From positions 22,230 to 86,229 of the forward strand of contig JBHORG010000001.1 of NCBI GenBank assembly GCA_042565955.1: a stretch of DNA of 64,000 nt, read 5' to 3'. This DNA comes from Thermoproteota archaeon. GTDB taxonomy: Archaea; Thermoproteota; Bathyarchaeia; Bathyarchaeales; Bathyarchaeaceae. A model generated the notes under the pieces. It did no database searches, was not told the DNA's origin, and saw nothing but the letters and a program-made list of their open reading frames with translations. Below, in pieces: positions 36,568-47,322 of this stretch (position 1 is the first letter of the stretch; each line of letters opens with the position of its first letter). Made by a program: the position numbers and the translations under genes.

Positions 36568-37382
36568 AATTTCTTCTTTAGGTATTCTACCATAGATTCG
36601 AAAACCAGTTTTCCGTCCCCAAAAGTTGGCATAGTTTCTGTTTTTGTCCAATCAGGTAGTTGCCAACCATAAAACGCTCTTTCTGGATGTGGCATTAAGC
36701 CAAAAACTGTTCCTGCGGGATTGCAGATACCTGCTATGTCATGGAATGCTCCGTTAGGATTAGCTGGAAATTCGCCATTTGCGTGTTTGCCTTCTTTGTT
36801 GCAGTATCTAAAGACTAGCTGATTGTTTTCATAAAGCTTTTCTAGGTAACGAATTTCCTTTTCTTTGGCAAATAAGAAGCGTCCTTCTCCATGGGCAACA
36901 GGTATTTTCATTACTTTTCCTTTTGGAATCTTTTGGGTGAAGATACAGTTTCCCAAGTTTTCATGTTTAAGATAAATCCACTTGCAGCGATACCCAATCG
37001 GAATGTTGGTTGCAAGTGTTGCTTCGGGATATTCGCTGATTCCCTCAAAGGCGGGTAATAGTCCTGCTTCAACTAAGACCTGAAAGCCGTTGCAGATTCC
37101 TAATATTGGTCTTTCTTCCTCAACGAACTGGTTCAGACCTTTTCGAAGTTTTGTTAGTGTTCCTGTAGCCCAGATTGCTCCAGCCCGTACATAGTCACCA
37201 TACGAGAATCCACCCGGAAAAACAAGAGCATTATAATCTAGAAGATTTCGGCTTTTCACGAGCTCATTGAGGTGAAGCACCTCCGCTCTTGCACCTAATT
37301 CATCAAACGTTCTTTTAGTTTCGCCATCGCAATTTGTTCCGCCGACCCTCATAACACAGACGCGAATCTCTTCCACCCTCAT
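36564..37382 (-). CDS. purQ: Phosphoribosylformylglycinamidine synthase, glutaminase subunit
   Basis: VCVMRVGGTNCDGE, the nucleophile context ILGICNGFQ and the HPE triad residue. I prefer ATG at 37382 with a GGAG RBS; the ORF track extends to 37397. Confidence 0.9.
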   Translation of the reverse strand: MRVEEIRVCVMRVGGTNCDGETKRTFDELGARAEVLHLNELVKSRNLLDYNALVFPGGFSYGDYVRAGAIWATGTLTKLRKGLNQFVEEERPILGICNGFQVLVEAGLLPAFEGISEYPEATLATNIPIGYRCKWIYLKHENLGNCIFTQKIPKGKVMKIPVAHGEGRFLFAKEKEIRYLEKLYENNQLVFRYCNKEGKHANGEFPANPNGAFHDIAGICNPAGTVFGLMPHPERAFYGWQLPDWTKTETMPTFGDGKLVFESMVEYLKKKF

Positions 37383-37386
37383 ACAC

Positions 37387-39759
37387 TTATACTCCAAGAA
37401 CGCTTTTCCAGCGTTTCCTCAACTCCTCTAAATCGGCATGAACAACCTGTTTTCCATCCAATCCCGAAACAGATAGATAGCCATCTTTCTTAATAGTGCC
37501 AATCTGAGCACAAACAACGTCTTTCATTAAAGTTTCAAAGTTTGTTTTATGCTTCTCTGAAACTTCTACCAAGAATCTACTATTTGATTCCGAGAAAAGA
37601 ACAAAATCATTTCTGGACATTTCCTTAGTTCTTGGAACCTTGTCTAGATCCAGTTCTATTCCATATCCACTGCTAAAAGCCATTTCCGCAGAGGCAATTG
37701 CCAACCCTCCTTCTGAGAGGTCGTGGCATGACCGCAAATAACACAAATCGATGGCTTCTGTTATTTTGTCCATTGTTTTCTTGGCTTGTTCTATATTCAC
37801 TTTTGGTACAGAATTTCCTAGGATACCCTTGTTTTGGTAGTATTGTGAGCCTCCTAGCTCCGGGTAGGTTTGGCCGATCATGTAGATTGTATTTCCTTGC
37901 TGTTTTAGTTCCATGGAAACTGTTTTTCGTATATCTGGAGTTACTCCAATTGCTGTGATTAGAAGCGTGGGTGTTACTGGTCCCATTGGTGATTCATTGT
38001 ATAGACTGTCTTTTCCTGAAATGAATGGTGTTTGGAAGCCCTTGGCAAAATCGTAACATGCCTTACATGCGCTAACCAAAGAGCCTAGTCGGTCGGGTTT
38101 TTGTGGATTTCCCCATGTAAAATTATCAAGCAGGGCGATTCTTCTTCCCCCAACCGCGACATTGTTTCTTATTGCCTCATCAATACCTGAGGCTGCCATC
38201 CAGTATGGGTCAATTTTACCGTAGTTTATGTTCATTCCACTGGAGATGACTACTCCCTTCCATGAATCGGGGAGCGGTTTTAGAACTGCGGCATCGTTTG
38301 GTCCGCCATATTTGCTTTGGAGGGGCTTTAGTGCTGTGTTTCCTTTTACTTCATGGTCGTAGGTTCTTATTACTGATTCTTTGCTAGCGATATTTGGTAA
38401 AGAAAGTAGCCCCCAAAGTTCTTTTGTTAAATCTTTTGGCAAAGGAACCGTTGGCTCTTCTAGTTTGGGTGGCTTCCAGTTTGTGGTTCCCACAAATTTT
38501 GGGGGATTAAAAACAAAGTCGATGTCTAGTTCAGCAACTTTTTGCCCCTTGTAAGTGACGGTTAGGATTCCGTCGGTTTTGAATTTACCTATAGGAGTTG
38601 CCTTGACGTTTTCTGTTTCAAAAATTTCTAAGGCTTTCTCTAGGTTCTTCTCTGGAACCGAAAGTAGCATCCGTTCCTGCGATTCAGAAATATAAATTTC
38701 CCATGGCGACAGGCCTTCATATTTCAAGGGAATCTTTTCTAGGTAAACATGAATTCCAAGGTTTGACCGTTCCGCCATCTCTCCAGTGCCACAAGAGATT
38801 CCGCCTCCACCTATGTCTGTTATGGCTGAAGCTAAACCTGTATCTCTTAGTTTCACTATAGCTCGTTTGACTCTTTCTTCCTCTATGGGATTTGCTATCT
38901 GAACTGCGGGTCTTGAAATTTCTTCTGACTCTTTGGTTAGTTCTGTCGAAGCAAAAGTGACCCCGTGGATTCCATCTCTTCCAGTTTCTCCGCCTACAAG
39001 AAGTGCTATGTCTCCGGCTCTTGTGTCCTTAACGAACTTGTCTTTTGGAAGAAGCCCAACACAACCACAATACACTACAACATTTCCAACGTAACTTTCG
39101 TCGAAGTTTATGGAACCATTAACTGTTGGAATTCCCATGTTGTTACCGTAACTGCCTATCCCCGCAACTACACCATTGTATACATATTTTGGGTGTTTTG
39201 TTCCAGGAGGAAGCTTATTATAATCATAATCTAGGGGACCAAAACAGAGTACATCTGTGCATGCTATAGGATCAGCCCAAACTGCCAATATATCACGTAT
39301 TACTCCACCTGTTCCTGTGGCTGCTCCTCCGAAAGGTTCTATTGCTGAAGGATGGTTGTGAGTTTCAACTTTTGCTGCGATTGCATAGTTTTTGTCAAAC
39401 TCGATTATTCCAGCATTGTCTTCAAACACTGAGATGCACCATTCGGGGTCGAGTTCTTCGGTTACTTTGGAAATGTATGTTTTAAAGAGGCTGCATATTT
39501 CGCCTTTTGGCGTTGTTATATCGCCTTTGAAAGTTTTGTGGTAACAATGTTCAGACCACGTTTGCCCGATTGTTTGAATCTCTACATCTGTAGGATTTCT
39601 TTTTTTTCTTGAAAAGTAATCTTTAACATGTTTCATTTCGGTTAGGTTCAAGCCGACTCCTAACTCACTGCTGATTTTTACGAGTTGGATCTCGTCAGCA
39701 TTTTTCAGGTCTATTTCTTTGAGTTCGAACGATACATCTTTTTTGGCGTAGCGACTCAT
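37387..39759 (-). CDS. purL: Phosphoribosylformylglycinamidine synthase subunit PurL
   Basis: Duplicated PurM-like domains (ETHNHPSAIEPFGGAATGTGGVIRD; DNFTWGNP). ATG at 39759 forms an ATGA overlap with the purS stop. Confidence 0.9.
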   Translation of the reverse strand: MSRYAKKDVSFELKEIDLKNADEIQLVKISSELGVGLNLTEMKHVKDYFSRKKRNPTDVEIQTIGQTWSEHCYHKTFKGDITTPKGEICSLFKTYISKVTEELDPEWCISVFEDNAGIIEFDKNYAIAAKVETHNHPSAIEPFGGAATGTGGVIRDILAVWADPIACTDVLCFGPLDYDYNKLPPGTKHPKYVYNGVVAGIGSYGNNMGIPTVNGSINFDESYVGNVVVYCGCVGLLPKDKFVKDTRAGDIALLVGGETGRDGIHGVTFASTELTKESEEISRPAVQIANPIEEERVKRAIVKLRDTGLASAITDIGGGGISCGTGEMAERSNLGIHVYLEKIPLKYEGLSPWEIYISESQERMLLSVPEKNLEKALEIFETENVKATPIGKFKTDGILTVTYKGQKVAELDIDFVFNPPKFVGTTNWKPPKLEEPTVPLPKDLTKELWGLLSLPNIASKESVIRTYDHEVKGNTALKPLQSKYGGPNDAAVLKPLPDSWKGVVISSGMNINYGKIDPYWMAASGIDEAIRNNVAVGGRRIALLDNFTWGNPQKPDRLGSLVSACKACYDFAKGFQTPFISGKDSLYNESPMGPVTPTLLITAIGVTPDIRKTVSMELKQQGNTIYMIGQTYPELGGSQYYQNKGILGNSVPKVNIEQAKKTMDKITEAIDLCYLRSCHDLSEGGLAIASAEMAFSSGYGIELDLDKVPRTKEMSRNDFVLFSESNSRFLVEVSEKHKTNFETLMKDVVCAQIGTIKKDGYLSVSGLDGKQVVHADLEELRKRWKSVLGV

Positions 39760-40004
39760 TCTACTTCCTCGATTTTGAAGCTGTAGTTGTCTTTTGTTGG
39801 ATTCGCTAGGAGCTTTCGACACATTTCCTCTAATGCTTCTTTAGCTTTTTGTCTTGATTCCGCTTCAAAAACTATTGTGTAGATTTTGCTTACGTTAACT
39901 TTTTTGGCGGAGAATTTCAGTTCCTTTAATGATTGGGTTGTCATTTCTCCTTCTGGATCTGAGTGTCCCTGTTTTAGGCTGACTTCGATTCTTGCACGAT
40001 ACAT
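39756..40004 (-). CDS. purS: Phosphoribosylformylglycinamidine synthase subunit PurS
   Basis: MYRARIEVSLKQGHSDPEG... is typical PurS sequence. 82 aa, directly upstream of purL. Confidence 0.85.
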   Translation of the reverse strand: MYRARIEVSLKQGHSDPEGEMTTQSLKELKFSAKKVNVSKIYTIVFEAESRQKAKEALEEMCRKLLANPTKDNYSFKIEEVE

Positions 40005-40376
40005 TGTGATTGTTAGTAAAATAATCAAAATTTAAATCTTATCCATTTAAAAATTTAAATGAAAAGTTAAACTCCCGGTGGATTTTAGTCACTTTTTACG
40101 TTTTCGATCAGATGATCATGTATATGCTTAATGTTTGGTATTGACGTTAATTTTGGCTGACTTTGAAAGGTGGAATAAAAGAAAAACAGCGATGAAATCA
40201 TTGCATGTCTTCGTTGTATGTGAGTGCTTTCCAGAGTTACCTTTTGTCTACAGCAATTTCGCTGCATAGTTGGATAATCCTGCTATACTTAGGAGTTTTT
40301 GGGAATAAAAACTCGAGCTCAAGCCGAATATTTTAACAACAACACTAAAGATCCTAAACAAACTAGCAAATTAAAT

Positions 40377-41456
40377 CTAAATAGTCAAATGTATCTTTTT
40401 CCCTTTGTAATAAGCAACAATTTTTTCCGAATCAGTTACATTTCCGATTAGTTCAGCTTCACCGCCACTCTTTTCACAGGTACAAATTACTTCATCTGCA
40501 TCTTTTTTATCTACGATGACACCGAAGCCCCAGCCCATGTTGAATGTTTTCAGCATCTCCTCGTCGGTTATTTCCCCACCAATTTCCAGGGCGGTATTTT
40601 GGATTAGTTCATAGATTGGTTGTGGTTTGAAGTTGTTGAATTCGAAGCCGATTCCTTTTGAGTATTTCATGAATCGGTTAAACTTGACGTAGGCGTCTCC
40701 TGTAATATGAATTGCCCCCTTCACTTTTACTTGTTTTGTGGTGTTCAGAAAAGATTTAACGTAAATTTTTGTTGGTTCTAGTACTTCGTAGACGATTTCT
40801 CTGTTGAAGCCATCTGGAACGTCGAATGGTTCGTATTTGCCACCCCATTCCGTGAACAAAACTTTTCTTACCAAAGAGATTCCGTTGCTATGAACTCCTG
40901 AACTTCGTAATCCCACAACGACATCACCCGCCTTGATGGCTGTCCCAGTGATTATATCTTCTTTTAGAACATCGCCGACGCTTGCGACAATTAAATCGAA
41001 GCCTTTTCCTTCAGTTATTCCTTTTATGATGGCTGCTACGTCTCCGATTTCGCCTCCGGGAACTGGACAATCCGATTCTATTGCACCTTTTACTATACCC
41101 TTCAACCATTCTCGTACCAATTTTGGTTCAGATAGATGAGCATGGAAGTTGTCCACTAAAGCTAGAGGCGTAGCGCCTGACCTTATCACATCGTTGACTG
41201 CCATCGCAACCCCATCCACTCCTATAGTGTCATATTTGTCTGCTAACTGGGCGAGTAGGACTTTGGTTCCAACACCTTCAACTACAAGGTCTAGGTAATG
41301 GTCGCCAGCAAGGAAGATGTTACCATAGGGAAGTTGAACAATTTTTTTATATTTGCCCAAAGTGTAGGTTTGCTTCAATATAGACAGAGCTTTTTTAGAT
41401 TTTCGCCTTGTCTCCCTGTCAACCCCAGCTTCAGAATAGGTGAGCTTCTTTGACAT
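40377..41456 (-). CDS. purM: Phosphoribosylformylglycinamidine cyclo-ligase (AIR synthetase)
   Basis: LTYSEAGVD start, DGVGTK-like EGVGTKV and GLRSSGVHSNG motifs. Confidence 0.9.
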   Translation of the reverse strand: MSKKLTYSEAGVDRETRRKSKKALSILKQTYTLGKYKKIVQLPYGNIFLAGDHYLDLVVEGVGTKVLLAQLADKYDTIGVDGVAMAVNDVIRSGATPLALVDNFHAHLSEPKLVREWLKGIVKGAIESDCPVPGGEIGDVAAIIKGITEGKGFDLIVASVGDVLKEDIITGTAIKAGDVVVGLRSSGVHSNGISLVRKVLFTEWGGKYEPFDVPDGFNREIVYEVLEPTKIYVKSFLNTTKQVKVKGAIHITGDAYVKFNRFMKYSKGIGFEFNNFKPQPIYELIQNTALEIGGEITDEEMLKTFNMGWGFGVIVDKKDADEVICTCEKSGGEAELIGNVTDSEKIVAYYKGKKIHLTI

Positions 41457-41560
41457 AGCCATCCACATCTGACCAATGCGCTAAATTTTCTTATAAGTTA
41501 CGCTGGTCAAGCAGGAATGAAAAAGAAATTGTTGTTAAAGAGCCGTATCTCGTTAGGAGC

Positions 41561-41601
41561 CTAATAAGAGGAAATTGTTAAAAACAACCTTTTTTTAGAC
41601 C
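41561..41601 (+). repeat. Dispersed conserved intergenic element, copy F (slightly shortened)
   Basis: ctaataagaggaaattgttaaaaacaacctttttttagacc. Its 3' end overlaps the purE stop codon (ttagac on plus is gtctaa on minus). It lies between purE and purM in the opposite orientation to both. Confidence 0.65.
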
Positions 41602-42119
41602 GCAAGCCTGTTAACGTCTTTTTTTTCTGTTATTTTCTTTACTTCTTTTGCTCCATCGTAGACTGTTTTTGCCATCTTTTCCTTAAACTTGTCCAATTGT
41701 TCTTTTAGTTCAGGGTTTGTTAAAGCAAAAATCCTTATGGCTACTAGGGCAGCATTTTCTGGCTTAACAACATAAGCAACAGGTATTCCTTTTGGCATTG
41801 CAGTCGAAGAAAACACTTTGTCACTTCCATGTTTGTCCGAGTCTGGAGGGCAAGCAATAACAGGACAAAGAGTGTATCCGGCAACAACTCCTGAAAGGGC
41901 ATCAGATAAACCCGCAACAGTGACATAGACTATTCTGTCGCCGCTTTCTGTATATTTGTTCAAGTCATTCAATAGTTTTTCTGGAGTCCTATGTGCAGAA
42001 GCAACGTTGTAAACACAACTAACTGGAATTTTTTCCTTTTTCAAGAAATCTTTGATTTTTGCTGCAAACGGAAGGTCTCTTGGAGACCCCATAAGAACAA
42101 CAATCTTTTCTTCTGTCAT
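41595..42119 (-). CDS. purE: AIR carboxylase / N5-CAIR mutase family protein
   Basis: VVLMGSPRD, VASAHRTPEKL and the overall 174-aa layout parallel archaeal PurE. No purK is adjacent. Confidence 0.8.
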   Translation of the reverse strand: MTEEKIVVLMGSPRDLPFAAKIKDFLKKEKIPVSCVYNVASAHRTPEKLLNDLNKYTESGDRIVYVTVAGLSDALSGVVAGYTLCPVIACPPDSDKHGSDKVFSSTAMPKGIPVAYVVKPENAALVAIRIFALTNPELKEQLDKFKEKMAKTVYDGAKEVKKITEKKDVNRLAV

Positions 42120-42174
42120 ATCTATATCCTTCGTTGAATTATTGGATATATATTTTGGTTAACTGATTAGATGT

Positions 42175-42975
42175 TTATTCCCACTGTTTTCGTATCTTTT
42201 CGCTCTTTTTGGTAGCAGCCTCAACAGCCCTCATCAAAGCCTGCTTAATATCGCTACTCTCAACCTCATAAATTGCTTCAATTGTTGTTCCGCCCGGAGT
42301 CGTAACATTATCCCGTATCTGAGCAGGAGTCTGTTTCGTTTCTAACACAAGCTTTGCGGTTCCAAGGACAGCCTGAGCCGCACTAGTCAATGCCAAGTCT
42401 CTAGGCAAACCAACTTTCAAGCCACCATACATAAGCGCTTCAATTATTATAGAAAGGTATCCGGGACCGCTTCCACTGACCGCAGTCACTGCATCCATAT
42501 AACGCTCTTCAATCTCCATAGACTTTCCCATTACATCAAGAACGTCCTTTATTTTTTTCTTGTCCTCTTCAGTTACATCATCGTCGCAGCAATAGGCCGT
42601 AAAAGATTCCTGAACTAAAATTGCGACATTAGGCATAATACGCACAAAACGAGCCTTAGGTACCACACGCTTACAGAATTTAATAGTAACCGCCGCAGCC
42701 GTAGGCACCACAAGCTTCCCCATAACTTCTCTACTCACTTCCTTTAGAACGGTCTTCAGAATGTTGGGCTTCACACACAAGAAAACAACATCAGCCTCTC
42801 TTGTTGCCTCCCTGTTATCACGGGTTACAGCTACACCCAGTTGCTCTAGTTCTCTAGCTTTTTCGGGCATTATCTCAGCAACTATGATCTTACCATCATA
42901 TCCGCTCTTCAAAAGGCTCTTCACTACAGATCCGCCTATCACACCCGCACCAATAACCGCAATTGTATCCTTCAT
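42175..42975 (-). CDS. proC: Pyrroline-5-carboxylate reductase
   Basis: IAVIGAGVIGGS Rossmann N-terminus and C-terminal dimerisation domain motifs (SGSGPGY, TTPGGTT). Confidence 0.85.
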   Translation of the reverse strand: MKDTIAVIGAGVIGGSVVKSLLKSGYDGKIIVAEIMPEKARELEQLGVAVTRDNREATREADVVFLCVKPNILKTVLKEVSREVMGKLVVPTAAAVTIKFCKRVVPKARFVRIMPNVAILVQESFTAYCCDDDVTEEDKKKIKDVLDVMGKSMEIEERYMDAVTAVSGSGPGYLSIIIEALMYGGLKVGLPRDLALTSAAQAVLGTAKLVLETKQTPAQIRDNVTTPGGTTIEAIYEVESSDIKQALMRAVEAATKKSEKIRKQWE

Positions 42976-43299
42976 CCCAGTTTCCCTTCCAATAACTTGT
43001 GACTAACATTTCCAAAGCTACTTACTAATAAAATCTTCTTGATCAACTACATCCAAAAACATTAGAATTCCAGAAGCGATTCGACATAATAAATCTCGAA
43101 AACCCCAAAAACTCTTTCTGTATTCTTCAAAACATTCGAAAAAACTTGTTCCCACACTCCGTTTTCGGAATGTATTCGTTTTAGTAATATGGCTTTATCT
43201 TCGTTAATAACGTCCTCTCTGTTTCAGGACAGCATATGTTCTTTAAAAGCTTGTGCAGACCCAACAAAAAAATTAGTTAACGTGTCGTGAGGGGAAAAT

Positions 43300-45498
43300 T
43301 TGGACTACTTCGGAGAAGACGAAGAGATTATCTGTGGCAAGAAGTGGAACTGGAAGAACTTCGAATCCACAAAGGGCTATTCAGTTTCTGACAACCTTCT
43401 AGAGTGGGTTATCGGACAAGAACGAGCACTAAACGAGTGCTACCTCTGTCTAAAGGAGTTAGTCCACAAACTTAAGCACCTAAAAGAAGAGAAATTGTAT
43501 GAAGCGTGGAGCGATCCAAACAAGGAGAAGCCTCACGTCACTAAAATGGCTCCTCCTGGACCTTACCTTCTTTTGCTGGGAGACCCTGGAACAGGTAAGT
43601 CCCTGATTGGAAGAGCCCTCTCTGTTCACTTGACAGATCTTTACAAGAAAGAGGATATTAAGCTTCAAGATGTGGTCTGTTGGCAAAACGACATAGTCCC
43701 CAGTGAACCAAAAATTTCTTGTCATCCAGCTGGTGAAGGAAAAAAGATCTTATTGAAACAGAAACTAAAAGAAGCAAAGAAACTGTTTCTTCAGCGGCTA
43801 GGCATAAAAGCAATAATCTATCTGATGATAATTGTAGCCTCTATCTTCATGTTCGCAGGTTTCTATTATCTTTGGCAGGAGAAAGTTGCTTGGGATGTAA
43901 ATGCTATGACTGGCTTTGGAGAGCAAACCCTCCAATCCATCAATAACGGCGATTTTTCTACGTATATGCTAGATAGCTTCATTAAGATTGGAAGCATTAC
44001 GTTTCTGCCAGCTGGAATGATGCTCATGTTCCTAATTCTAGTAACTGTGCTTGGACGCTTTGGGGTTCTCGGAAGCGCCAAAGGAATAGGTGGAGCAAAA
44101 GCAACAAAGGTTCCAAAATTCATCGTGGATAACGCTAAAAAAGTTGCCCCGTTCATTGATGCCACAGGGCACGGATCTGCACAGCTCTTCGGAAGCATTG
44201 CATGGGATCCATTGCAGACGGGGGGACTTGGTACCCCAGAACATCAAAGAGTAAGTGCTGGAGATGTTCACAGAGCCCATCTTGGAATCCTATATATTGA
44301 CGAGATAAAGAATATGGTACCTGATGAAGCTATCACACTGCTAACTGTTCTGGAAGATGGTCAACTGCCCATAACTATGCGAAGCCGCTTAAGCGGGGCA
44401 GGAGGAACAGCTGCCATGGCAGTGGCTACAGAGCCTGTGCCTTGTATGTGCTTTTTGGTTGGCGCAGGGAACTTCGATAGTATTGGACAACTTCATCCAG
44501 CGCTTATGGACCGAATATATGGTTATGGTAAAGTAGTGCGAATGAATAACGACATGCAAAACACTGTTGCGAATCGTCGTAAATACGTTCAGTTTATTGC
44601 CCAAGAGGTTTCGCGGTTCAATTTGATACCTTTCAGCAGAGGAGCATGCGAAGAAATAATTGATGAAGGACGAAGAAGAAGTAATAAAAAGAATGCGTTG
44701 TCTACCAAGTTTCGTCCCATGATCTCGTTAATAAAGACAGCAGCCACATTGGCGATGAACGAGGGCTTGGAGCTTGTTGAAAGGAAGTATGTTAAAGAAG
44801 CTATCGAGAAGCACTGCAAAACAATCCAGAAACAGATGCTTGAGCATCAGATGAGCGAAAGAGGAGAACTTCTAGAAATCAACCCAGAAGGAATAAAGTT
44901 GGGACAGATTTATGGAGTAGCAATAGTCAAAGATGCATATAGCGGAGAGATGACGGGAAACGTCCTTGCAGTTAAAGGCTTCCTAGAAAAACGAGACAAA
45001 AGATGCGAAAATCTGCGTGGATATTATAAAGTCACAGGTGTAGCAAAAGAAGGACAAGAACAGTTCATCGCAGATAGCGTAGCGAAAGTAAGAAGCGTTA
45101 TCCTCCAAAAGTATGGGGTTGACATTGCCCAAGAATTCTTCACTCATATTGACTTCGCTCAAACCTATAGGGTCGATGGGCCAAGCGCAGGTGTAACCAT
45201 GGCCATTCTCCTCTGTTCGATGCTAGAGGGAAAACCCATCAGACAAGACGTTGCAGTTACAGGAGAAATCAACGTTAGCGTAAATGATGTGATTCCAGTG
45301 ACAGCAGTTGGCGGATTACATGAGAAAATCAAAGCCGCCGAGATGTGGGGTTTCAAGAAGGTCATTGTTCCAGCCAAAAACTACAAGCACTCAATCGATC
45401 CAAGTGACTACACTATCGAAGTAATCCCAGGAGAGACTCTAGAAGACTACCTAAAAGAATGCTTAGTTGACAAAGAAGAAACGCCGGAAAAAAAATAG
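43300..45498 (+). CDS. lonB: Archaeal membrane-bound Lon protease (LonB)
   Basis: Walker A GDPGTGKS. Two TM helices are inserted in the AAA+ module. The protease domain carries DGPSAGVTMA (catalytic Ser). TTG start. Confidence 0.9.
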   Translation: MDYFGEDEEIICGKKWNWKNFESTKGYSVSDNLLEWVIGQERALNECYLCLKELVHKLKHLKEEKLYEAWSDPNKEKPHVTKMAPPGPYLLLLGDPGTGKSLIGRALSVHLTDLYKKEDIKLQDVVCWQNDIVPSEPKISCHPAGEGKKILLKQKLKEAKKLFLQRLGIKAIIYLMIIVASIFMFAGFYYLWQEKVAWDVNAMTGFGEQTLQSINNGDFSTYMLDSFIKIGSITFLPAGMMLMFLILVTVLGRFGVLGSAKGIGGAKATKVPKFIVDNAKKVAPFIDATGHGSAQLFGSIAWDPLQTGGLGTPEHQRVSAGDVHRAHLGILYIDEIKNMVPDEAITLLTVLEDGQLPITMRSRLSGAGGTAAMAVATEPVPCMCFLVGAGNFDSIGQLHPALMDRIYGYGKVVRMNNDMQNTVANRRKYVQFIAQEVSRFNLIPFSRGACEEIIDEGRRRSNKKNALSTKFRPMISLIKTAATLAMNEGLELVERKYVKEAIEKHCKTIQKQMLEHQMSERGELLEINPEGIKLGQIYGVAIVKDAYSGEMTGNVLAVKGFLEKRDKRCENLRGYYKVTGVAKEGQEQFIADSVAKVRSVILQKYGVDIAQEFFTHIDFAQTYRVDGPSAGVTMAILLCSMLEGKPIRQDVAVTGEINVSVNDVIPVTAVGGLHEKIKAAEMWGFKKVIVPAKNYKHSIDPSDYTIEVIPGETLEDYLKECLVDKEETPEKK

Positions 45499-45510
45499 TA
45501 TTGTTGTACT

Positions 45511-45915
45511 TTATTCTTTTAGTATTTCTGCTAACTTTTCTATTGCCTCTGAAAAGTTCTCTTCACTGAATTCTTTTCCTTTTGCTGAAACAAATAGAAT
45601 GGTGCTAACCCCCTTCTTTTCTAGTTCTTTCTTCAATTTGCCAAACGTACTACCTTTCCATAAGCGGTAAGTACAAAATAGAATTACCCTTTTCCCATCA
45701 CATTCTGTCATGCTTTCTATAAACGCTAAAGATTCTTTTGACGGATTAAAACCATGGACTGGGGTTCCAAGAATTATCGTGTTATATTCATTGACGATTG
45801 TGGGTTTTGTGATGGTTATGTCATATATTGCTGGAATTTTTATGGAATCAGACGTGGTTTCTGCAAATTTTTTTGTGTTGCCTGTTTGCGAAAAGTATAG
45901 AATACAAGAGTTCAT
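45511..45915 (-). CDS. Flavodoxin-like protein
   Basis: MNSCILYFSQTGNTKKFAE is a flavodoxin FMN-phosphate loop. The longer ORF-track start (46095) would overlap the divergent polymerase gene. Confidence 0.65.
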   Translation of the reverse strand: MNSCILYFSQTGNTKKFAETTSDSIKIPAIYDITITKPTIVNEYNTIILGTPVHGFNPSKESLAFIESMTECDGKRVILFCTYRLWKGSTFGKLKKELEKKGVSTILFVSAKGKEFSEENFSEAIEKLAEILKE

Positions 45916-46145
45916 GAAAATGAATAGATATGATTGGTGATTTAACTTGTTCTTTTTAAGAAAATCAAGACCAATAAAGGGATGAATAAACATCATTTTA
46001 GCGATACTAAATGCGATGAACAGATGTTTTTTGTGATTATTACTTGTGGAGTATTTTATTAAGTGATAAACGTTACAATCTAAACCTGGAAACATTTGTT
46101 ACTTTGATATGTGAGGCCACTTTTAGCTTGCAAGCCAGAATCGTG

Positions 46146-47228
46146 ATGCTAGTTGATTTGGACTATTTCTTTGCTCAATGCGAGGAGAGACGAAATCCCT
46201 CAATAAAGGACAAACCTGTGGTTGTTTGCGTTTATTCTGGGCGCACCAAAGATAGTGGAGCCGTAAGCACTGCAAATTATGTAGCCAGAAAGTATGGCGT
46301 AAAATCTGGAATTCCAATATCGTTAGCCAAAAAGAAACTCAAAGATGTAGACGCGGTCTTTTTGCCAGTTGATAAGGAGTTCTACAAGGAGATTTCGGAC
46401 AGCATAATGGAGATTCTCAGAAGATATGGTGACCACTTTGAGCAAGTTAGTGTAGATGAAGCCTATCTTGACGTAACACAGAGAACAAAAGCAAATAACC
46501 AACAAGCAAAACAGTTGGCAACAACAATCAAAGACAACATTTTTACCCAACAGCAACTTACCTGCTCCATCGGCGTTGGACCAAACAAGCTCGTTGCCAA
46601 GATTGCAGCAGACATTCAAAAACCCGACGGTTTAATACTGGTTAAACCCGAGCAAGTTAAAAGACTCTTGGTACCTTTGCCTGTTCGCCGTCTAGTAGGT
46701 GTTGGAATAAAAACTGAAAAAAAGTTGGAAATTTTAGGAATTAGAACTGTTGGGCAGCTAGCGAGCTTTGATGTGCAGCGGTTAATCGAAGTTTTTGGAA
46801 GAAAACTGGGAACCTACTTTCATAACGCGTCTTTGGGAATAGATGATGAATCTGTTCAGGAAAGAAACAAACCTGAATCTGTGAGTCGAATCTCCACGCT
46901 CAGAGAGGATACAAAAGACTTGGCGATTATCCTTAACGAAGCTTTCAGGTTATGTGATGATGTTCACGTTAGGCTACTGAATCGGGGGCTAGTCTACAGG
47001 TCAGTGAGCATACAAGTTGTTGCCAGCAACCTTAGTGTTCACAGCAGGTCAAAAACATTCGAAAACCCAACAAGCAACTTGGAATCATTCAAAATGACTG
47101 TGAAAGAGCTTTTTGAAAAGTTCTTAGGTGAATTCGATGTTGAGGCAAGAAGAGTGGGCGTCAAGCTCTCAAGCCTTACCAAAAAGGAGGAGAAGCAAAA
47201 ACAGATAACAAACTTTTTCGGCTCGTAG
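46146..47228 (+). CDS. dinB: Y-family DNA polymerase IV (Dpo4/Dbh/DinB)
   Basis: MLVDLDYFFAQCEE, SVDEAYLDVT and a C-terminal canonical PIP box QKQITNFF (47196..47219). Confidence 0.9.
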   Translation: MLVDLDYFFAQCEERRNPSIKDKPVVVCVYSGRTKDSGAVSTANYVARKYGVKSGIPISLAKKKLKDVDAVFLPVDKEFYKEISDSIMEILRRYGDHFEQVSVDEAYLDVTQRTKANNQQAKQLATTIKDNIFTQQQLTCSIGVGPNKLVAKIAADIQKPDGLILVKPEQVKRLLVPLPVRRLVGVGIKTEKKLEILGIRTVGQLASFDVQRLIEVFGRKLGTYFHNASLGIDDESVQERNKPESVSRISTLREDTKDLAIILNEAFRLCDDVHVRLLNRGLVYRSVSIQVVASNLSVHSRSKTFENPTSNLESFKMTVKELFEKFLGEFDVEARRVGVKLSSLTKKEEKQKQITNFFGS

Positions 47229-47322
47229 TGGTTATCAAACGTTTCTTGTTGTTTTGGTTTGGTTGGTGTTTTGTTGTGACGTTTAGCGAAAATGTCATAA
47301 ATTAGATGCATATACAATAAAA

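Noticed and set aside
40293-40314. Perfect 8-bp hairpin GAGTTTTT-gggaat-AAAAACTC between purM and purS
   Set aside because: It could be an intercistronic terminator or processing site. However, no T-run follows it on the transcribed (minus) strand, and AT-rich palindromes are frequent here. I left it uncalled.
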